DNA of 64,000 bases from an uncultured Alphaproteobacteria bacterium (GTDB lineage Bacteria > Pseudomonadota > Alphaproteobacteria > RF32 > CAG-239): NCBI GenBank assembly GCA_944390275.1, contig CALXPL010000007.1, forward strand, positions 29,595-93,594. Reading direction: 5' to 3'. Numbering within the stretch: the stretch's first letter is position 1; each line of letters begins with the position of its first letter. Positions 30,242 through 41,460 of the stretch are shown in pieces. The notes beneath the pieces are model-generated. The model ran no database searches. It saw nothing but the letters and a program-made list of their open reading frames with translations, and had not been told where the DNA came from. Position numbers and translations under genes: made by a program.

Positions 30242-33055
30242 TTAACCAAGCATCTTTTTGAGATATTTTGCCGTATAGCTTTGTTTTACTTTGGCGACCT
30301 CTTCGGGCATTCCTGAAGCCACAATTCGCCCACCGCCTTCGCCGCCTTCTGGTCCGATATCAATAATATAATCGGCAGTTTTAATGACATCGAGGTTATG
30401 CTCAATAACGATAACGGTATTACCTTGTTCAACCAAAGTATGTAACACTTTGAGCAAACGGTTAATATCTTCAAAATGCAAACCGGTCGTCGGTTCGTCA
30501 AGAACATAAAGAGTGCGACCGGTAGCACGTTTTGAAAGTTCTTTAGATAGCTTAATACGTTGAGCTTCGCCTCCCGAGAGAGTTGTAGCTTGTTGTCCAA
30601 GGTGGATGTAGTCCAAACCAACTTGTTTGAGTAAAGATAAGCGATTTTTAATAGAAGGAATAGCATCAAAAAATTTATAGGCCTCATCAACGGTCATATC
30701 AAGAACATCAGCGATTGATTTGTCTTTATATTTTATTTCCAAAGTTTCACGATTAAAACGCTTTCCGTGACATTCATCACATTCGACATAAACATCAGGG
30801 AGAAAATGCATTTCAATTTTGGTAACACCATCACCTTTACAGGCTTCACAACGCCCTCCGGCAATATTAAAAGAAAAGCGTCCGGCAGCGTATCCTCGAG
30901 CTTTTGCTTCGGGCAGGGCGGCAAACCAATCACGAATATTTGTAAACAAGCCGGTATAAGTTGCCGGATTTGAACGAGGTGTTCTTCCGATAGGAGATTG
31001 GTCAATATCAATCATTTTATCAATATTTTCAATCCCTTTAAGTTCAGCATAAATTCCGGTAGGTTCGCGACTTCCGTTTAATTCTTTGTTGATTGCTTTA
31101 CAGAGAGTTTCAAGAATAAGAGAAGATTTTCCCCCTCCGGATACTCCGGTAACACAGGTAAATGTTCCGAGCGGAATTTTAACATTGACATTTTTCAGAT
31201 TGTTCGTTTTAGCGCCTTTAAGTTCAATAAATTTGCCATTCCCTTTACGGCGTTTTTTAGGAACTTCAATTTTTTTATTACCGTTAAGATATTGAGCCGT
31301 CAAACTATTAGGATTTTTAAGCACATCGTCAACGGTACCGCAAGCTGTAACATGTCCTCCGTTATCTCCGGCTCCGGGGCCCATATCGACAAGATAATCA
31401 GCCGCCCGAATAGCATCTTCATCATGTTCGACAACAATAACACTGTTTCCGATATCACGAAGGTGAGTGAGCGTTTCAAGTAATTTGTCATTATCTCGTT
31501 GATGTAAACCGATAGAAGGTTCATCAAGCACATAGAGCACTCCGGTTAAGCCTGAACCGATTTGAGAAGCTAAGCGGATGCGTTGAGCTTCTCCGCCCGA
31601 AAGTGTACCGGATTGACGAGAAAGGGTAAGATAATTAAGACCGACATTATTCAGAAATTGCAAACGATCAATAATCTCTTTTAGAATTTTGTGAGCAATT
31701 TCAGCTTTTTTGGGAGGTAGTGTTTCTTCCACACCCTGAAACCAAGTTAAAGCAGAGCTAATGGATAAATCGCAGGCCTCCATGATATCCAACCCGTTTA
31801 TTTTAACGGCAAGGGCTTCAGGTTTAAGACGCTTTCCATGACAAAATTCGCACGGAGCGGCAGATTGATATTTAGAAAATTCTTCACGTATCCAAGAAGA
31901 TTCGGTTTCCAAAAAGCGTCGTTCCATATTAGGGATAACGCCTTCAAAAGGCTTGTCGGAAACGAAGCGAGAATAATACATGGGCACGCAAACATTTCCC
32001 GAACCGTAAAGGATAACTTTTTTAGCTTCTTCGGGTAAATCTTTCCAAGGAGTATGAACATCGATACGTAAAAAATCAGCCAAAGAATTCAGAGTTTGGG
32101 TATAAAAAGCGGAATGTCCGGTATTCCAAGGAGCAATAGCCCCTTGTTGGAGAGAAAGATTTTCGTTAGGGATAACAAGTTTGGGGTCCATATAAAGTTT
32201 TGCCCCGATACCATCGCAATGTGGACAAGCTCCGAAAACATTATTAAAGGAAAAAAGACGAGGTTCAATTTCTTCAATAGTAAAGCCGGAAACGGGACAA
32301 GCAAATTTTGAAGAAAAGATAGTTTTTTCGTGCGTTTCATAATTTTCGACATATAGGATACCGTCGCTAATTTTCAAAGCCGTTTCGACGGATTGTGTTA
32401 AACGCTCTTGAATTTCAGGTTTAATAGCCAAGCGATCAACAACGACTTCAATATCATGTTTAAGAGTTTTTGATAGAGCAGGAACGTCATCGAGATTGTA
32501 GATTTCACCATCGACTTTAACACGTTGGTAACCCTGTTTTTGCAGAGATTCGAATTCTTTTTTGAATTCACCTTTTTTTCCGCGAGCAATGGGAGCAAGA
32601 AGAAGAATTTTGGTAGCCGGAGGCATGGCAAGGATTCGATCAACCATTTGGGATACGGTTTGCGCTTCGATAGGAAGTCCGGTTGCCGGAGAATAAGGGG
32701 TACCGGCACGAGCCCAAAGCAAGCGCATATAGTCATAAATTTCGGTAACGGTACCGACGGTTGAACGAGGATTGTGAGAAGTTGTTTTCTGTTCAATAGA
32801 AATAGCCGGAGAGAGACCTTCAATCGAGTCGACATCTGGTTTTTTCATAAGTTCGAGAAATTGGCGGGCATAAGCGGAAAGGCTTTCGACATAACGCCTT
32901 TGCCCTTCAGCATAAATAGTGTCGAAGGCGAGGGACGATTTTCCGGAACCGGAAAGACCTGTAATAACGGTAAGTTTATTTTTTGGAAGGGTGATGTCGA
33001 TATTTTTTAGGTTATGCTCACGCGCGCCTTTAATTTCAATAAAATCATGTGCCAT
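30242..33055 (-). CDS. uvrA: Excinuclease ABC subunit A
   Basis: [19 protein letters not shown], two LSGGEAQRI signatures, zinc-finger cysteines. Confidence 0.99.
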   Translation of the reverse strand: MAHDFIEIKGAREHNLKNIDITLPKNKLTVITGLSGSGKSSLAFDTIYAEGQRRYVESLSAYARQFLELMKKPDVDSIEGLSPAISIEQKTTSHNPRSTVGTVTEIYDYMRLLWARAGTPYSPATGLPIEAQTVSQMVDRILAMPPATKILLLAPIARGKKGEFKKEFESLQKQGYQRVKVDGEIYNLDDVPALSKTLKHDIEVVVDRLAIKPEIQERLTQSVETALKISDGILYVENYETHEKTIFSSKFACPVSGFTIEEIEPRLFSFNNVFGACPHCDGIGAKLYMDPKLVIPNENLSLQQGAIAPWNTGHSAFYTQTLNSLADFLRIDVHTPWKDLPEEAKKVILYGSGNVCVPMYYSRFVSDKPFEGVIPNMERRFLETESSWIREEFSKYQSAAPCEFCHGKRLKPEALAVKINGLDIMEACDLSISSALTWFQGVEETLPPKKAEIAHKILKEIIDRLQFLNNVGLNYLTLSRQSGTLSGGEAQRIRLASQIGSGLTGVLYVLDEPSIGLHQRDNDKLLETLTHLRDIGNSVIVVEHDEDAIRAADYLVDMGPGAGDNGGHVTACGTVDDVLKNPNSLTAQYLNGNKKIEVPKKRRKGNGKFIELKGAKTNNLKNVNVKIPLGTFTCVTGVSGGGKSSLILETLCKAINKELNGSREPTGIYAELKGIENIDKMIDIDQSPIGRTPRSNPATYTGLFTNIRDWFAALPEAKARGYAAGRFSFNIAGGRCEACKGDGVTKIEMHFLPDVYVECDECHGKRFNRETLEIKYKDKSIADVLDMTVDEAYKFFDAIPSIKNRLSLLKQVGLDYIHLGQQATTLSGGEAQRIKLSKELSKRATGRTLYVLDEPTTGLHFEDINRLLKVLHTLVEQGNTVIVIEHNLDVIKTADYIIDIGPEGGEGGGRIVASGMPEEVAKVKQSYTAKYLKKMLG

Positions 33056-33086
33056 TTTAATCTCCTGAAAGGAATATAGTATAAAA

Positions 33087-33101
33087 GAACAAAAATGCAA
33101 C
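33087..33101 (-). promoter_or_regulatory. Candidate alphaproteobacterial LexA (SOS) box upstream of uvrA
   Basis: GTTG-N7-GTTC on the minus strand, one mismatch to GTTC-N7-GTTC; overlaps a TTGCAT-16-TATATT promoter candidate. Confidence 0.55.
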
Positions 33102-33130
33102 AAAAAAAGGTAATGCGAAAAGCATTACCT
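33102..33130 (-). terminator. Intrinsic terminator after 159-aa ORFan
   Basis: AGGTAATGC/GCATTACCT stem with a minus-strand U7 tract. Confidence 0.85.
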
Positions 33131-33150
33131 TGATAAGAATTAAGAAAGAA

Positions 33151-33630
33151 TTATTTTTTGACATAGCTGATTTCTTTGTCATAGATAATAATTTCTTTAC
33201 CGTTTTTCATACCGGTAGTTTTCGTTTCCTGATACCAAACATAATCAGGATGTTCAGGCAACATAGGCACGTAATTTCCGTCTTCATTTTTGAACATATC
33301 CAAATCATCAAGGATAATCGGGTTAACGTTACTAGGTTCCACGATTTTTTCCTCAATAATTTTAATACTGCGATAGCGTAAAATCCCTTTGATGGCAATA
33401 GTCAATCTATTGTCTATTGTTTCATCATAATCAGGAGGAGTAACGACCCATTCAAGAACGAGTTTATGTTGCCCATCGATTTTAGGATTTTTACTGATAA
33501 GTTCGATTTCTGTTTGCACCAAATCGACTTTCCATGCAGATAAATCTTTGTTAGGATGTTCCGAGTTTGAGACGGCAATTTCTTTTACGGCGTTAGCATT
33601 GGCATAACGCAAAAAGTTTTTAAATTTCAT
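33151..33630 (-). CDS. Hypothetical protein (ORFan cassette 1)
   Basis: 159-aa ORF with its own promoter and terminator; no recognisable family. Confidence 0.75.
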   Translation of the reverse strand: MKFKNFLRYANANAVKEIAVSNSEHPNKDLSAWKVDLVQTEIELISKNPKIDGQHKLVLEWVVTPPDYDETIDNRLTIAIKGILRYRSIKIIEEKIVEPSNVNPIILDDLDMFKNEDGNYVPMLPEHPDYVWYQETKTTGMKNGKEIIIYDKEISYVKK

Positions 33631-33701
33631 ACAATTATAGAATTAAATTAATAATAAAGAAACATGAAAAAGAATATAGGCCTTGTCGAAAATTTTGTCA
33701 A
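33631..33701 (-). promoter_or_regulatory. Sigma70-type promoter and SD-less AT-rich leader
   Basis: TTGACA-17-TATATT, then ...TTATTAATTTAATTCTATAATTGT-ATG. Confidence 0.7.
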
Positions 33702-33795
33702 TACATATTTTTAAGAGAAAACTTGCAATTTATAAGAGAATAATGTAAACTCAAAAGGCTAAAGATAAAGGAATAGAAAAACAAAATCACAAAGA

Positions 33796-34911
33796 ATGAA
33801 GAAAAAAATAAGAAATAGTATTATTGGATTAATGTTTATTTTAAGCCCGATAAAAAGTGAAGCCTTAAATATTGCGGTAATAGCACCGCAGGAAGGGGTG
33901 TATCAAAAGTTTGGACAAGAAATAATATCAGGAGTACAAACGGCGGTAAATCATATTAATGCCAGCGGAGGCTTAAGAGGGGAAAAAATAAATTTAATTA
34001 CGGTAGATGACCAGTGCGATAATAATATTGCCATATCCACAGCACAAATGTTGGCTGTCAATATATCCGAAGCAGATAAGGTGGCCTTGGTGATAGGTCC
34101 GTATTGTTCAAATTTGTTGAAAGAAGTAACGGATATATATGGCAGAGCGAAAATTTTTGAGATTATTCCGATAGCGGTAAATAGTAAATTATTCACGGAT
34201 AAACCGGAAGGTTTAGTTACATTAGCGGGTTATACCGAGCAGCAAAGTGCCGATTTTTATCAATATTATAAGCAGCGTTTTTCAGGAGAAAAGGTAGCTC
34301 TGATATACGATAGTAATGATAGAGATACAATAGACATGGCAGCAGCGTTGCAGCAAGAATTTCAAAAGAACGGCAAATTAGATTTATTACAAGCCTATAG
34401 TTATGCTTCATTTGAGGATATTGAAGCCATGGCGGAAGAAGTATTAAAAGATAAACAGCATATTGCCTATATATTAGGCAATTCAGAACAAACGGCAGAG
34501 ATAGCCTCAGAATTGAAAGAAGAAAAGAAGGACTTTATAATCTTTACAAACAAATATGTCGCCCAAGAGGATTATGATAAAATAATGGGAAGGCAAGCAG
34601 ATGATATGTATTATTTTGGATTACCTTCATTAAAAGACAACCCGGATTTTGCGGGGACATTGGTTCATTTAAGACTGGCAGGAGTAGAGCCGGAAGGATT
34701 GGGCGTTTACGGCTATTCGGCAGTAAAGTTATGGGAAGAACTGGTAAAGGGGGCAGATTCTTTTGAATACGAAGAATTGGCAGCGGAATTAAAAAAAGGC
34801 AAGATAAGAACGACATGGGGAGAAGTAGAATTCAAGGACGGAGCTCCGGCAGATTCATTAAATTTCAGTATATACAAAAGGAATAACGGACAATATACAC
34901 AAGTCTATTAA
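33796..34911 (+). CDS. Branched-chain amino acid ABC transporter substrate-binding protein (LivK-like)
   Basis: IAVIAPQEG, AVNHINASGGLRGEKINLITVDDQCD, VIGPYCS. Confidence 0.88.
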   Translation: MKKKIRNSIIGLMFILSPIKSEALNIAVIAPQEGVYQKFGQEIISGVQTAVNHINASGGLRGEKINLITVDDQCDNNIAISTAQMLAVNISEADKVALVIGPYCSNLLKEVTDIYGRAKIFEIIPIAVNSKLFTDKPEGLVTLAGYTEQQSADFYQYYKQRFSGEKVALIYDSNDRDTIDMAAALQQEFQKNGKLDLLQAYSYASFEDIEAMAEEVLKDKQHIAYILGNSEQTAEIASELKEEKKDFIIFTNKYVAQEDYDKIMGRQADDMYYFGLPSLKDNPDFAGTLVHLRLAGVEPEGLGVYGYSAVKLWEELVKGADSFEYEELAAELKKGKIRTTWGEVEFKDGAPADSLNFSIYKRNNGQYTQVY

Positions 34912-34979
34912 TAAATATTTTAATCTAAAAAAAAGTGATTATACTAGGTGCAACATTAACAAAGATAAGGTAAAAAGAA

Positions 34980-35447
34980 ATGGCAGGAAGTATAAATAAA
35001 GTGATTTTGGTCGGCAACTTGGGAGCAGACCCGAAAGTCAGCAATACACAAAGCGGCACAAAGATTGTTAATTTGAGTGTAGCCACAACGGACACATGGA
35101 AAGACAAAACGTCTGGAGAAAGAAAAGACAGAACGGAATGGCACCGCGTTGTCATTTTCAATCCGCAATTAGCCGACATAGCGGAAAGATATCTCCGTAA
35201 AGGTTCAAAAGTTTATATTGAAGGACAGTTACAAACACGAAAATGGGAAGACAATAACGGTTCTGAAAGATATACCACCGAAATAGTTTTACAAAATTTC
35301 AGCGGCAATTTAACGCTTTTGGATGGTAAAGGAGACGGCGTTCCGGCGGGAGGCAATGATGTCTTTTCAGGTTCACCGACAGGAGGAGGCTGGGATAGCA
35401 GTTCGGCAGCCCCGTCAGCGGATTTGGATGATGATATACCGTTTTAA
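34980..35447 (+). CDS. ssb: Single-stranded DNA-binding protein
   Basis: MAGSINKVILVGNLGADP, TEWHRVVIF, C-terminal DLDDDIPF. Confidence 0.99.
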   Translation: MAGSINKVILVGNLGADPKVSNTQSGTKIVNLSVATTDTWKDKTSGERKDRTEWHRVVIFNPQLADIAERYLRKGSKVYIEGQLQTRKWEDNNGSERYTTEIVLQNFSGNLTLLDGKGDGVPAGGNDVFSGSPTGGGWDSSSAAPSADLDDDIPF

Positions 35448-35459
35448 GAAAAAAGAAGG

Positions 35460-35484
35460 AAGCACTCTGAGGAGTGCTTTTTTT
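35460..35484 (+). terminator. ssb terminator
   Basis: AAGCACTC-tgag-GAGTGCTT followed by a T-run. Confidence 0.85.
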
Positions 35485-35495
35485 GTAAGAGATTA

Positions 35496-35566
35496 TTGAC
35501 AAAAAAAGAAAATGTGCTATAAAAAAGCAAGCAAACAATTATTGTATCACATTTAAATTAATTATT
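35496..35566 (+). promoter_or_regulatory. Sigma70-type promoter and SD-less leader
   Basis: TTGACA-16-(TGc)TATAAA; leader ends TTTAAATTAATTATT-ATG. Confidence 0.7.
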
Positions 35567-36769
35567 ATGGGACTGAGAAAATTATTAGAACAAGCAAAGA
35601 CAAAAGACAAGATAAACAAGTGTCCGATGTCTGATTATGATGAAGCAATACTGTTCAAGATTCTAAAAGATGCCTATTTTGACAATATCGGATTTTGGGT
35701 TTTTGACTTTCGTCCGTATCAAGAGGATAAAAAGGTTAATCTGAAAAATGTTGAGATTTTTGTAGATTTGTATATTCAAGCACAACATTTGGAAAAATCA
35801 CTGTTATTAGGCTCTCCACGGCCGCATTTTATAGGGAAGATTGAAAATCTTCCAGAATTAAAACAATTCGGATTATCGGATTATTGGATAGAAATAAGCT
35901 GCCAAGACAGTAAAAATCTAGATGTTGATGTTTTAACATTATTGCCACAATTTATCGTAGGTTCACAGACGTTAAGTGATGAGCGATTTGTCAGAACATT
36001 TGATATATACCATTTCTTCATGAAGGTCGGAGAACAAAAGGAGAAGCAAGGCAAAGATTTTCTCCCGATGTTAAGATTGTTCAAAACAACGGCGCAAGAA
36101 TTATCAGATCTTGAAGAAGAGAAACATTATGAAGTTATTACGGCAGACGAAAACCTCTATAAGTATCTTCGCAGAGAAAGAGGGGAAAGTGAAAATTTCG
36201 TAACTTTTTTAAGAGATATACCGAGATTTTCACAAATACAATATGAAATAGGCGACTTTATAAGCCAAGATAACGGAATTTATAAAGACGTTAAAAAAGC
36301 GGTTATTGAAGGTCAAGAAGTATATGTTGCACCTGTTGAAACACCTCAAGCCGGAGATATCATAAAAGGAATTATGCTGGGAGAGGATCTCTATTTAAAT
36401 CTTTTGTACGAGGGACAACAAACTCTTTTTTATAAAGCAGAGAAACCACTCAGCGCAGAAGAGAAAAAGGTTCTTCATTTGCTTTGGGAAGATTTTTATG
36501 ATGTTATGGAGAAACATCAAAAGAAAATTGATAGTCAACTCCACAAATTAGGAATGCAATCACCACGAAAGCAATTAGAGGAAGAAAATAAAACATTGGT
36601 TATTAGTCGGAATGCGGATTATTTTCAACCTTTTGAGAATCAAAAAGATAAAGGTGTTATTTCCAAGACAGAAATAGTGAATACAGGCGTAAGCAAAGAA
36701 ATTCTGCAAAGGTTCGCTTTCATGATGGTTGGTACGGAATTGAACGGTTATTTCTTCAACAAGAAATAA
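35567..36769 (+). CDS. Hypothetical protein (ORFan cassette 2)
   Basis: 400-aa ORF between ssb and gyrA; no recognisable family. Confidence 0.8.
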   Translation: MGLRKLLEQAKTKDKINKCPMSDYDEAILFKILKDAYFDNIGFWVFDFRPYQEDKKVNLKNVEIFVDLYIQAQHLEKSLLLGSPRPHFIGKIENLPELKQFGLSDYWIEISCQDSKNLDVDVLTLLPQFIVGSQTLSDERFVRTFDIYHFFMKVGEQKEKQGKDFLPMLRLFKTTAQELSDLEEEKHYEVITADENLYKYLRRERGESENFVTFLRDIPRFSQIQYEIGDFISQDNGIYKDVKKAVIEGQEVYVAPVETPQAGDIIKGIMLGEDLYLNLLYEGQQTLFYKAEKPLSAEEKKVLHLLWEDFYDVMEKHQKKIDSQLHKLGMQSPRKQLEEENKTLVISRNADYFQPFENQKDKGVISKTEIVNTGVSKEILQRFAFMMVGTELNGYFFNKK

Positions 36770-36781
36770 AGAAAACACGGT

Positions 36782-36836
36782 ACGGCTCCCGAAGAATTTT
36801 GCTTAAAAGCGAAATGAAACAGGAGCCGTTTTTTTT
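36782..36836 (+). terminator. Terminator-like hairpin with long structured loop
   Basis: ACGGCTCC...GGAGCCGT followed by T7; 32-nt interior. Confidence 0.7.
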
Positions 36837-37014
36837 GCCCGTAGAGCGCAAGGACGTTAACGAATTAGAAAACAAAAAAAAGGGAAATCAATTTTAAGGC
36901 GGTTTTTTTGAGCATAGAGAGCAAATCGTGTTTATAAGTCGGTAAAAAAGCTGGTTAAAGCGAAGAGAAGTTGTTATATTAGGAGCAGTTTAGCAGATAA
37001 TGAAAAGGAAAAAG

Positions 37015-39834
37015 ATGACAGAAGAAACAGAAGAAATAAGCTCTCCGGTTAATGCGGAAGGAATAATGCCGGTAGAAATTTCGGAAGAAATGCGACGTTC
37101 TTATTTAGATTATGCCATGAGCGTAATTGTCGCAAGAGCGTTGCCGGATGTTCGCGATGGATTGAAACCGGTTCACCGCCGTATTATTTATGGCATGTAT
37201 GAAAACGGTTATGATTATAATAAACCTTATAGAAAATCGGCACGTATCGTCGGAGACGTTATGGGTAAATATCACCCCCACGGCGATGCCGCCATATATG
37301 AATCCATGGTTCGCATGGCTCAACCCTTTTCAATGCGTTTGCCATTGGTTGATGGTCAAGGAAACTTCGGTTCAATGGACGGAGACAGCGCGGCAGCCAT
37401 GCGTTATACGGAAGCCCGTTTAGAAAAAGTAGCCCATGCGTTAATTGAAGATATTGATAAAGATACGGTTGATTTTGTACCGAACTATGATGAAACCTTG
37501 CAAGAGCCATCGGTTTTACCGGCAAGATACCCCAATTTATTGGTAAACGGTGCCAATGGTATTGCCGTTGGTATGGCAACGAATATTCCGCCGCACAATT
37601 TGGGAGAAGTTCTTGATGCGTGCTGTGCTTATATTGATAATCCGGAAATAAGCATAGATGACTTAATAAATATTGTTCCGGGACCTGATTTCCCAACCGG
37701 AGGATTGATTTTAGGTTACGGCGGAGCAAAGTCAGCATATTATACGGGTCGCGGTTCGGTAATGATGCGAGCCAAATGCTCGATAGAAGAGCTAAGAAAA
37801 GATAAAGAAGCGATAATCGTTCATGAAATTCCGTATCAGGTTAACAAGGCGGCTATGATAAGCAAGATAGCCGAATTGGTAAAAGATAAAAAGATAGATG
37901 GAATATCAGAAATTCGCGATGAATCAGACCGCCATGGTGTTCGTGTTGTTATAGAAATCAAAAGAGATTTCCAACCGGATGTTATTTTAAACCAGCTCTA
38001 TAAATTTACACCGTTACAAACCAGCTTTGGAATGAATATGTTGGCAATCAACGGCGGTCGTCCGATGATGATGAATTTAAAAGACATCATATCGGCCTTT
38101 GTCAATTTTAGAGAAGAGGTAATTCGTCGCCGTACCATATATGAATTAAACAAAGCGCGTGATAGAGCGCATATATTGGTAGGATTGGCAATCGCTGTTG
38201 AAAATCTTGATCCGGTAATTGAATTAATCCGCACTTCACCCAGCCCTCAAGAAGCCAAAGATGCATTATTATCCAAGGCATGGCCGGCAGGAGAGGTTGA
38301 AGCATTGGTACAGTTGATAGATGAACCGGATAGAAAAGTAGAAAACGGTTATTATCATTTATCGGAAGACCAAGCCCGTGCAATATTAGATTTAAAATTG
38401 CAAAGATTGACCGGCTTGGAGAGAGACAAAATTCATCAAGAATTATACGGTTTAGGTGATGAAATTAAAGAATGTCTTTCAATTTTGGCTTCACGCGAAA
38501 AATTATTTGGCATAATGAGAGATGAATTCATAGCCATAAAAGATGAATATGCAACACCACGCCGTACAAAAATTGAAGATATAGAATATGATACGGACAT
38601 TGAATCTTTGATTCAAAGAGAAGAAATGGTTGTTACGGTAACCGAAGCCGGATATATCAAGCGCGTTCCGTTAAACGCTTACAAAGCACAGAAGCGCGGC
38701 GGTAAAGGTAAGGCGGGAATGGCAACCAAGGAAGAAGATTTCGTAACACGTTTGTTTGTTGCTTCAACACACACACCTGTTTTGTTCTTTTCTTCTAAAG
38801 GTCAAGTTTATAAAATGAAAGTTTATAAACTTCCGTTAGGTTCACCAACCTCGAAAGGCAAACCGTTTATTAATTTGTTACCATTAAGCGATGGCGAAAA
38901 CATTACAACCATTATGAAACTTCCAGAGAATGAGGAAGAGTGCAACAATATGTCCATAATGTTTGCGACCTCACAAGGAAATGTTCGCCGTAACTCTTTG
39001 ATGGATTTTGTAAACGTACAATCCAACGGTAAGATAGCGATGAAATTGGATGAGGGTGACAAATTGGTAAATGTCCGCATTTGTACGGAAGCAGAAGACG
39101 TCATGCTTGCGGCCAAGAGCGGAAAATGCATTCGTTTTCCTGTAACGGAAGTAAGAATGTTTGTTGGTCGAAACTCGACAGGTGTAAGAGGAATTAAGTT
39201 GGCTTCGGGAGATGAAGTTATTTCTATGTCGATATTAAACCATAGTGATGCCACATCAGAAGAAAGAGACGAGTACGGACGCGTTGTTTCAGCCATGAAG
39301 AGAATACAAGCGGAAAGAGGCGATGATACACCGGTCAAATTTGAAGAATGCGGAGTAGAATTAAGCGTCTTGACGGCTGAAAAATATGCAGAAATGAAAG
39401 CCAACGAGCAATTTATCCTTTCAGTCACCTCAACAGGTTATGGCAAGCGCACCTCGGCCTATGAATATCGAATCACGGGTAGGGGAGGTCAAGGAATAGC
39501 CAATATGGAGATGTCGGCAAGAAATAAAGAGATAGTCAGTTCGTTCCCGATAGAAGATGACAATCAGTTAATGATGGTAACGGACGGAGGCAAATTAATC
39601 CGCATGCCGGTAGGCGACATACGCATAGCCGGAAGAAAGACCCAAGGGGTTATTCTTTTCCGCACGGCAGAGAACGAGCGAGTAGTTTCGGTAACGAAGC
39701 TGGAAGCGGATGCCGGAGATGACGAGGAATTGGAAGAAGAAACCGGTTCTGAAGTCTTAGGCGATAGTGCGGTAGATAATGATGATTTGGTATCGGATGA
39801 AGTAACCGAGCCAAGCGTTGATCAAGCAGATTAA
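37015..39834 (+). CDS. gyrA: DNA gyrase subunit A
   Basis: [31 protein letters not shown], GyrA-box QKRGGKG, acidic tail. Confidence 0.99.
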   Translation: MTEETEEISSPVNAEGIMPVEISEEMRRSYLDYAMSVIVARALPDVRDGLKPVHRRIIYGMYENGYDYNKPYRKSARIVGDVMGKYHPHGDAAIYESMVRMAQPFSMRLPLVDGQGNFGSMDGDSAAAMRYTEARLEKVAHALIEDIDKDTVDFVPNYDETLQEPSVLPARYPNLLVNGANGIAVGMATNIPPHNLGEVLDACCAYIDNPEISIDDLINIVPGPDFPTGGLILGYGGAKSAYYTGRGSVMMRAKCSIEELRKDKEAIIVHEIPYQVNKAAMISKIAELVKDKKIDGISEIRDESDRHGVRVVIEIKRDFQPDVILNQLYKFTPLQTSFGMNMLAINGGRPMMMNLKDIISAFVNFREEVIRRRTIYELNKARDRAHILVGLAIAVENLDPVIELIRTSPSPQEAKDALLSKAWPAGEVEALVQLIDEPDRKVENGYYHLSEDQARAILDLKLQRLTGLERDKIHQELYGLGDEIKECLSILASREKLFGIMRDEFIAIKDEYATPRRTKIEDIEYDTDIESLIQREEMVVTVTEAGYIKRVPLNAYKAQKRGGKGKAGMATKEEDFVTRLFVASTHTPVLFFSSKGQVYKMKVYKLPLGSPTSKGKPFINLLPLSDGENITTIMKLPENEEECNNMSIMFATSQGNVRRNSLMDFVNVQSNGKIAMKLDEGDKLVNVRICTEAEDVMLAAKSGKCIRFPVTEVRMFVGRNSTGVRGIKLASGDEVISMSILNHSDATSEERDEYGRVVSAMKRIQAERGDDTPVKFEECGVELSVLTAEKYAEMKANEQFILSVTSTGYGKRTSAYEYRITGRGGQGIANMEMSARNKEIVSSFPIEDDNQLMMVTDGGKLIRMPVGDIRIAGRKTQGVILFRTAENERVVSVTKLEADAGDDEELEEETGSEVLGDSAVDNDDLVSDEVTEPSVDQAD

Positions 39835-39847
39835 CGAACTCAAAAAT

Positions 39848-39879
39848 AAAAAAACGAGGAAAAAATCCTCGTTTTTTTT
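39848..39879 (+). terminator. gyrA terminator
   Basis: AAAAAAACGAGGA-aaaaa-TCCTCGTTTTTTTT. Confidence 0.88.
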
Positions 39880-39880
39880 G

Positions 39881-39954
39881 TTGCAAATTTTGTCGAATAT
39901 GGTAAAGTAAAACGAAATTTTTATATTATTAATCAAAATAAATTATTATGAAAA
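39881..39954 (+). repeat. Promoter/leader direct repeat, copy 1
   Basis: TTGCAAATTTTGTCGAATATGGTAA...ATTATTATGAAAA; 65/74 identical to 40547-40620 by manual alignment. Confidence 0.92.
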
Positions 39955-40493
39955 CAATTACGCATGAAAAAGACGCTTACAAAAAATTTAAAACAGTAGC
40001 AAATTTGATTAATGGGCAAGTTTATGCCAAGAGTATGAAATGCAAAAGTTATTGCGGAGATTTTCTTGTCGGAAAAAACTACAATTTATGGGTTGCGGAA
40101 AGTTTGGATATTGATACAAAGCAGACCATGCTCTGTGTAATGATAATAGGAGACAAAATCAATGTTGTCTATGAACTTCCGGAATATATTTTTGAAGACG
40201 TAAGCCGAGCAGAAGATGTGAAGGGTTTTACCGATGAAGAGGGTAAGAAGTATATCAGGATCGAAAGCAAGTATGATAAAGATATAATTTTCAAAGATGA
40301 AGATTATATCAGATATGAACTGGCATGGGTTATAACGCATTGTTTGTATTTCAAAAAAGGAGAAGTCAACATTCGTTTTGAAGAAGGAACAGCCTATTTA
40401 AGCGGAAAAGTTATACAAGGCAATGAAGCTGAGTTATTCCGGTTGGCATGTATGGAAGAGCTAGGATGGACAATTAACTTTGCCATAGAGTAA
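39948..40493 (+). CDS. Hypothetical protein (ORFan cassette 3)
   Basis: 181-aa ORF with own promoter and terminator. Confidence 0.8.
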   Translation: MKTITHEKDAYKKFKTVANLINGQVYAKSMKCKSYCGDFLVGKNYNLWVAESLDIDTKQTMLCVMIIGDKINVVYELPEYIFEDVSRAEDVKGFTDEEGKKYIRIESKYDKDIIFKDEDYIRYELAWVITHCLYFKKGEVNIRFEEGTAYLSGKVIQGNEAELFRLACMEELGWTINFAIE

Positions 40494-40505
40494 TAAAAGC
40501 GTCAC

Positions 40506-40543
40506 AAAAGCAAAGATTCAACAAGAAGAATCTTTGCTTTTTT
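40506..40543 (+). terminator. Terminator between cassettes 3 and 4
   Basis: AAAAGCAAAGATTC/GAATCTTTGCTTTT stem followed by T's. Confidence 0.88.
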
Positions 40544-40546
40544 ATA

Positions 40547-40620
40547 TTGCAAATTTTGTCGAATATGGTAATGTGAAGCGAAATTACATTATTATTAATT
40601 AAAATAGATTATTATGAAAA
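40547..40620 (+). repeat. Promoter/leader direct repeat, copy 2
   Basis: First 25 bp identical to 39881-39905; same 67-nt distance from -35 to ATG. Confidence 0.92.
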
Positions 40621-41456
40621 GAGTAAATTTTTCAGAAAAAGGAGTAAGCAAAGAGTATAAAAACTCTAAGTTTATCGAATTAATTGGCAAGCCGACTTTT
40701 CGTCGTCTTATCTGTTGCGAGAGTTGGGGGGCAATTAATGGTGTCGGAGAAGACATTTTTGTTAAAGGGCAAAGCTACGACATCTGGATATGCAATGTCT
40801 ATAAAAAGAAGGAAGGTACCTTTGCTCATTATGTAGCTGTTCCCAAAATTATTGAGGAAAAGGGACATACCGAAAAATATCGTTATATTCTGCCGCAAAC
40901 GATATTTGGAAAGATTGATGATCGGGAAGAAGCAATTACAACACAGATAGAAGTAAACAAGCCGAAATTAGTTGTCAAGGATGAGCATATAGAGGAGTTG
41001 GAAACGGAAATTTGCAAGGAAAAATTTAAGTTAATTCCAGATTTCAATAATAGTTTTTTGCTCATTCCATCGTGGTATTTAAACAAAGAAGAGGTAGAAC
41101 AATACATCAAAGCAAAAGATGTTGAAGTTTTTTCTTCATCCACGGACAAGAAAACAAAATCAGCGGCTTATTGGTTAAAGTTATATCCACATCTTCCGCA
41201 GAAATATATGTTGATACCAAGAATATTCGGAACATCAACAAAAAATATGTTTATCGCATGGGAGATAAGGAGAAAGATGAACAAAAAAACGACATTAGCA
41301 ACTTACTTCAATATCTATAACGGATGTGAGGATTGCAATTGGCAAGATTTGGATATTCAATATCCGCTAGGCAACAACCAAAAGCAAGCTCAAGTAAAAA
41401 GGTTATATGTCCGGTATAGCAAGAAAAAAATTAATGTAAGTTTCAAAAGAATCTGA
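40614..41456 (+). CDS. Hypothetical protein (ORFan cassette 4)
   Basis: 280-aa basic ORF with own promoter and terminator. Confidence 0.8.
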   Translation: MKRVNFSEKGVSKEYKNSKFIELIGKPTFRRLICCESWGAINGVGEDIFVKGQSYDIWICNVYKKKEGTFAHYVAVPKIIEEKGHTEKYRYILPQTIFGKIDDREEAITTQIEVNKPKLVVKDEHIEELETEICKEKFKLIPDFNNSFLLIPSWYLNKEEVEQYIKAKDVEVFSSSTDKKTKSAAYWLKLYPHLPQKYMLIPRIFGTSTKNMFIAWEIRRKMNKKTTLATYFNIYNGCEDCNWQDLDIQYPLGNNQKQAQVKRLYVRYSKKKINVSFKRI

Positions 41457-41460
41457 AAAG

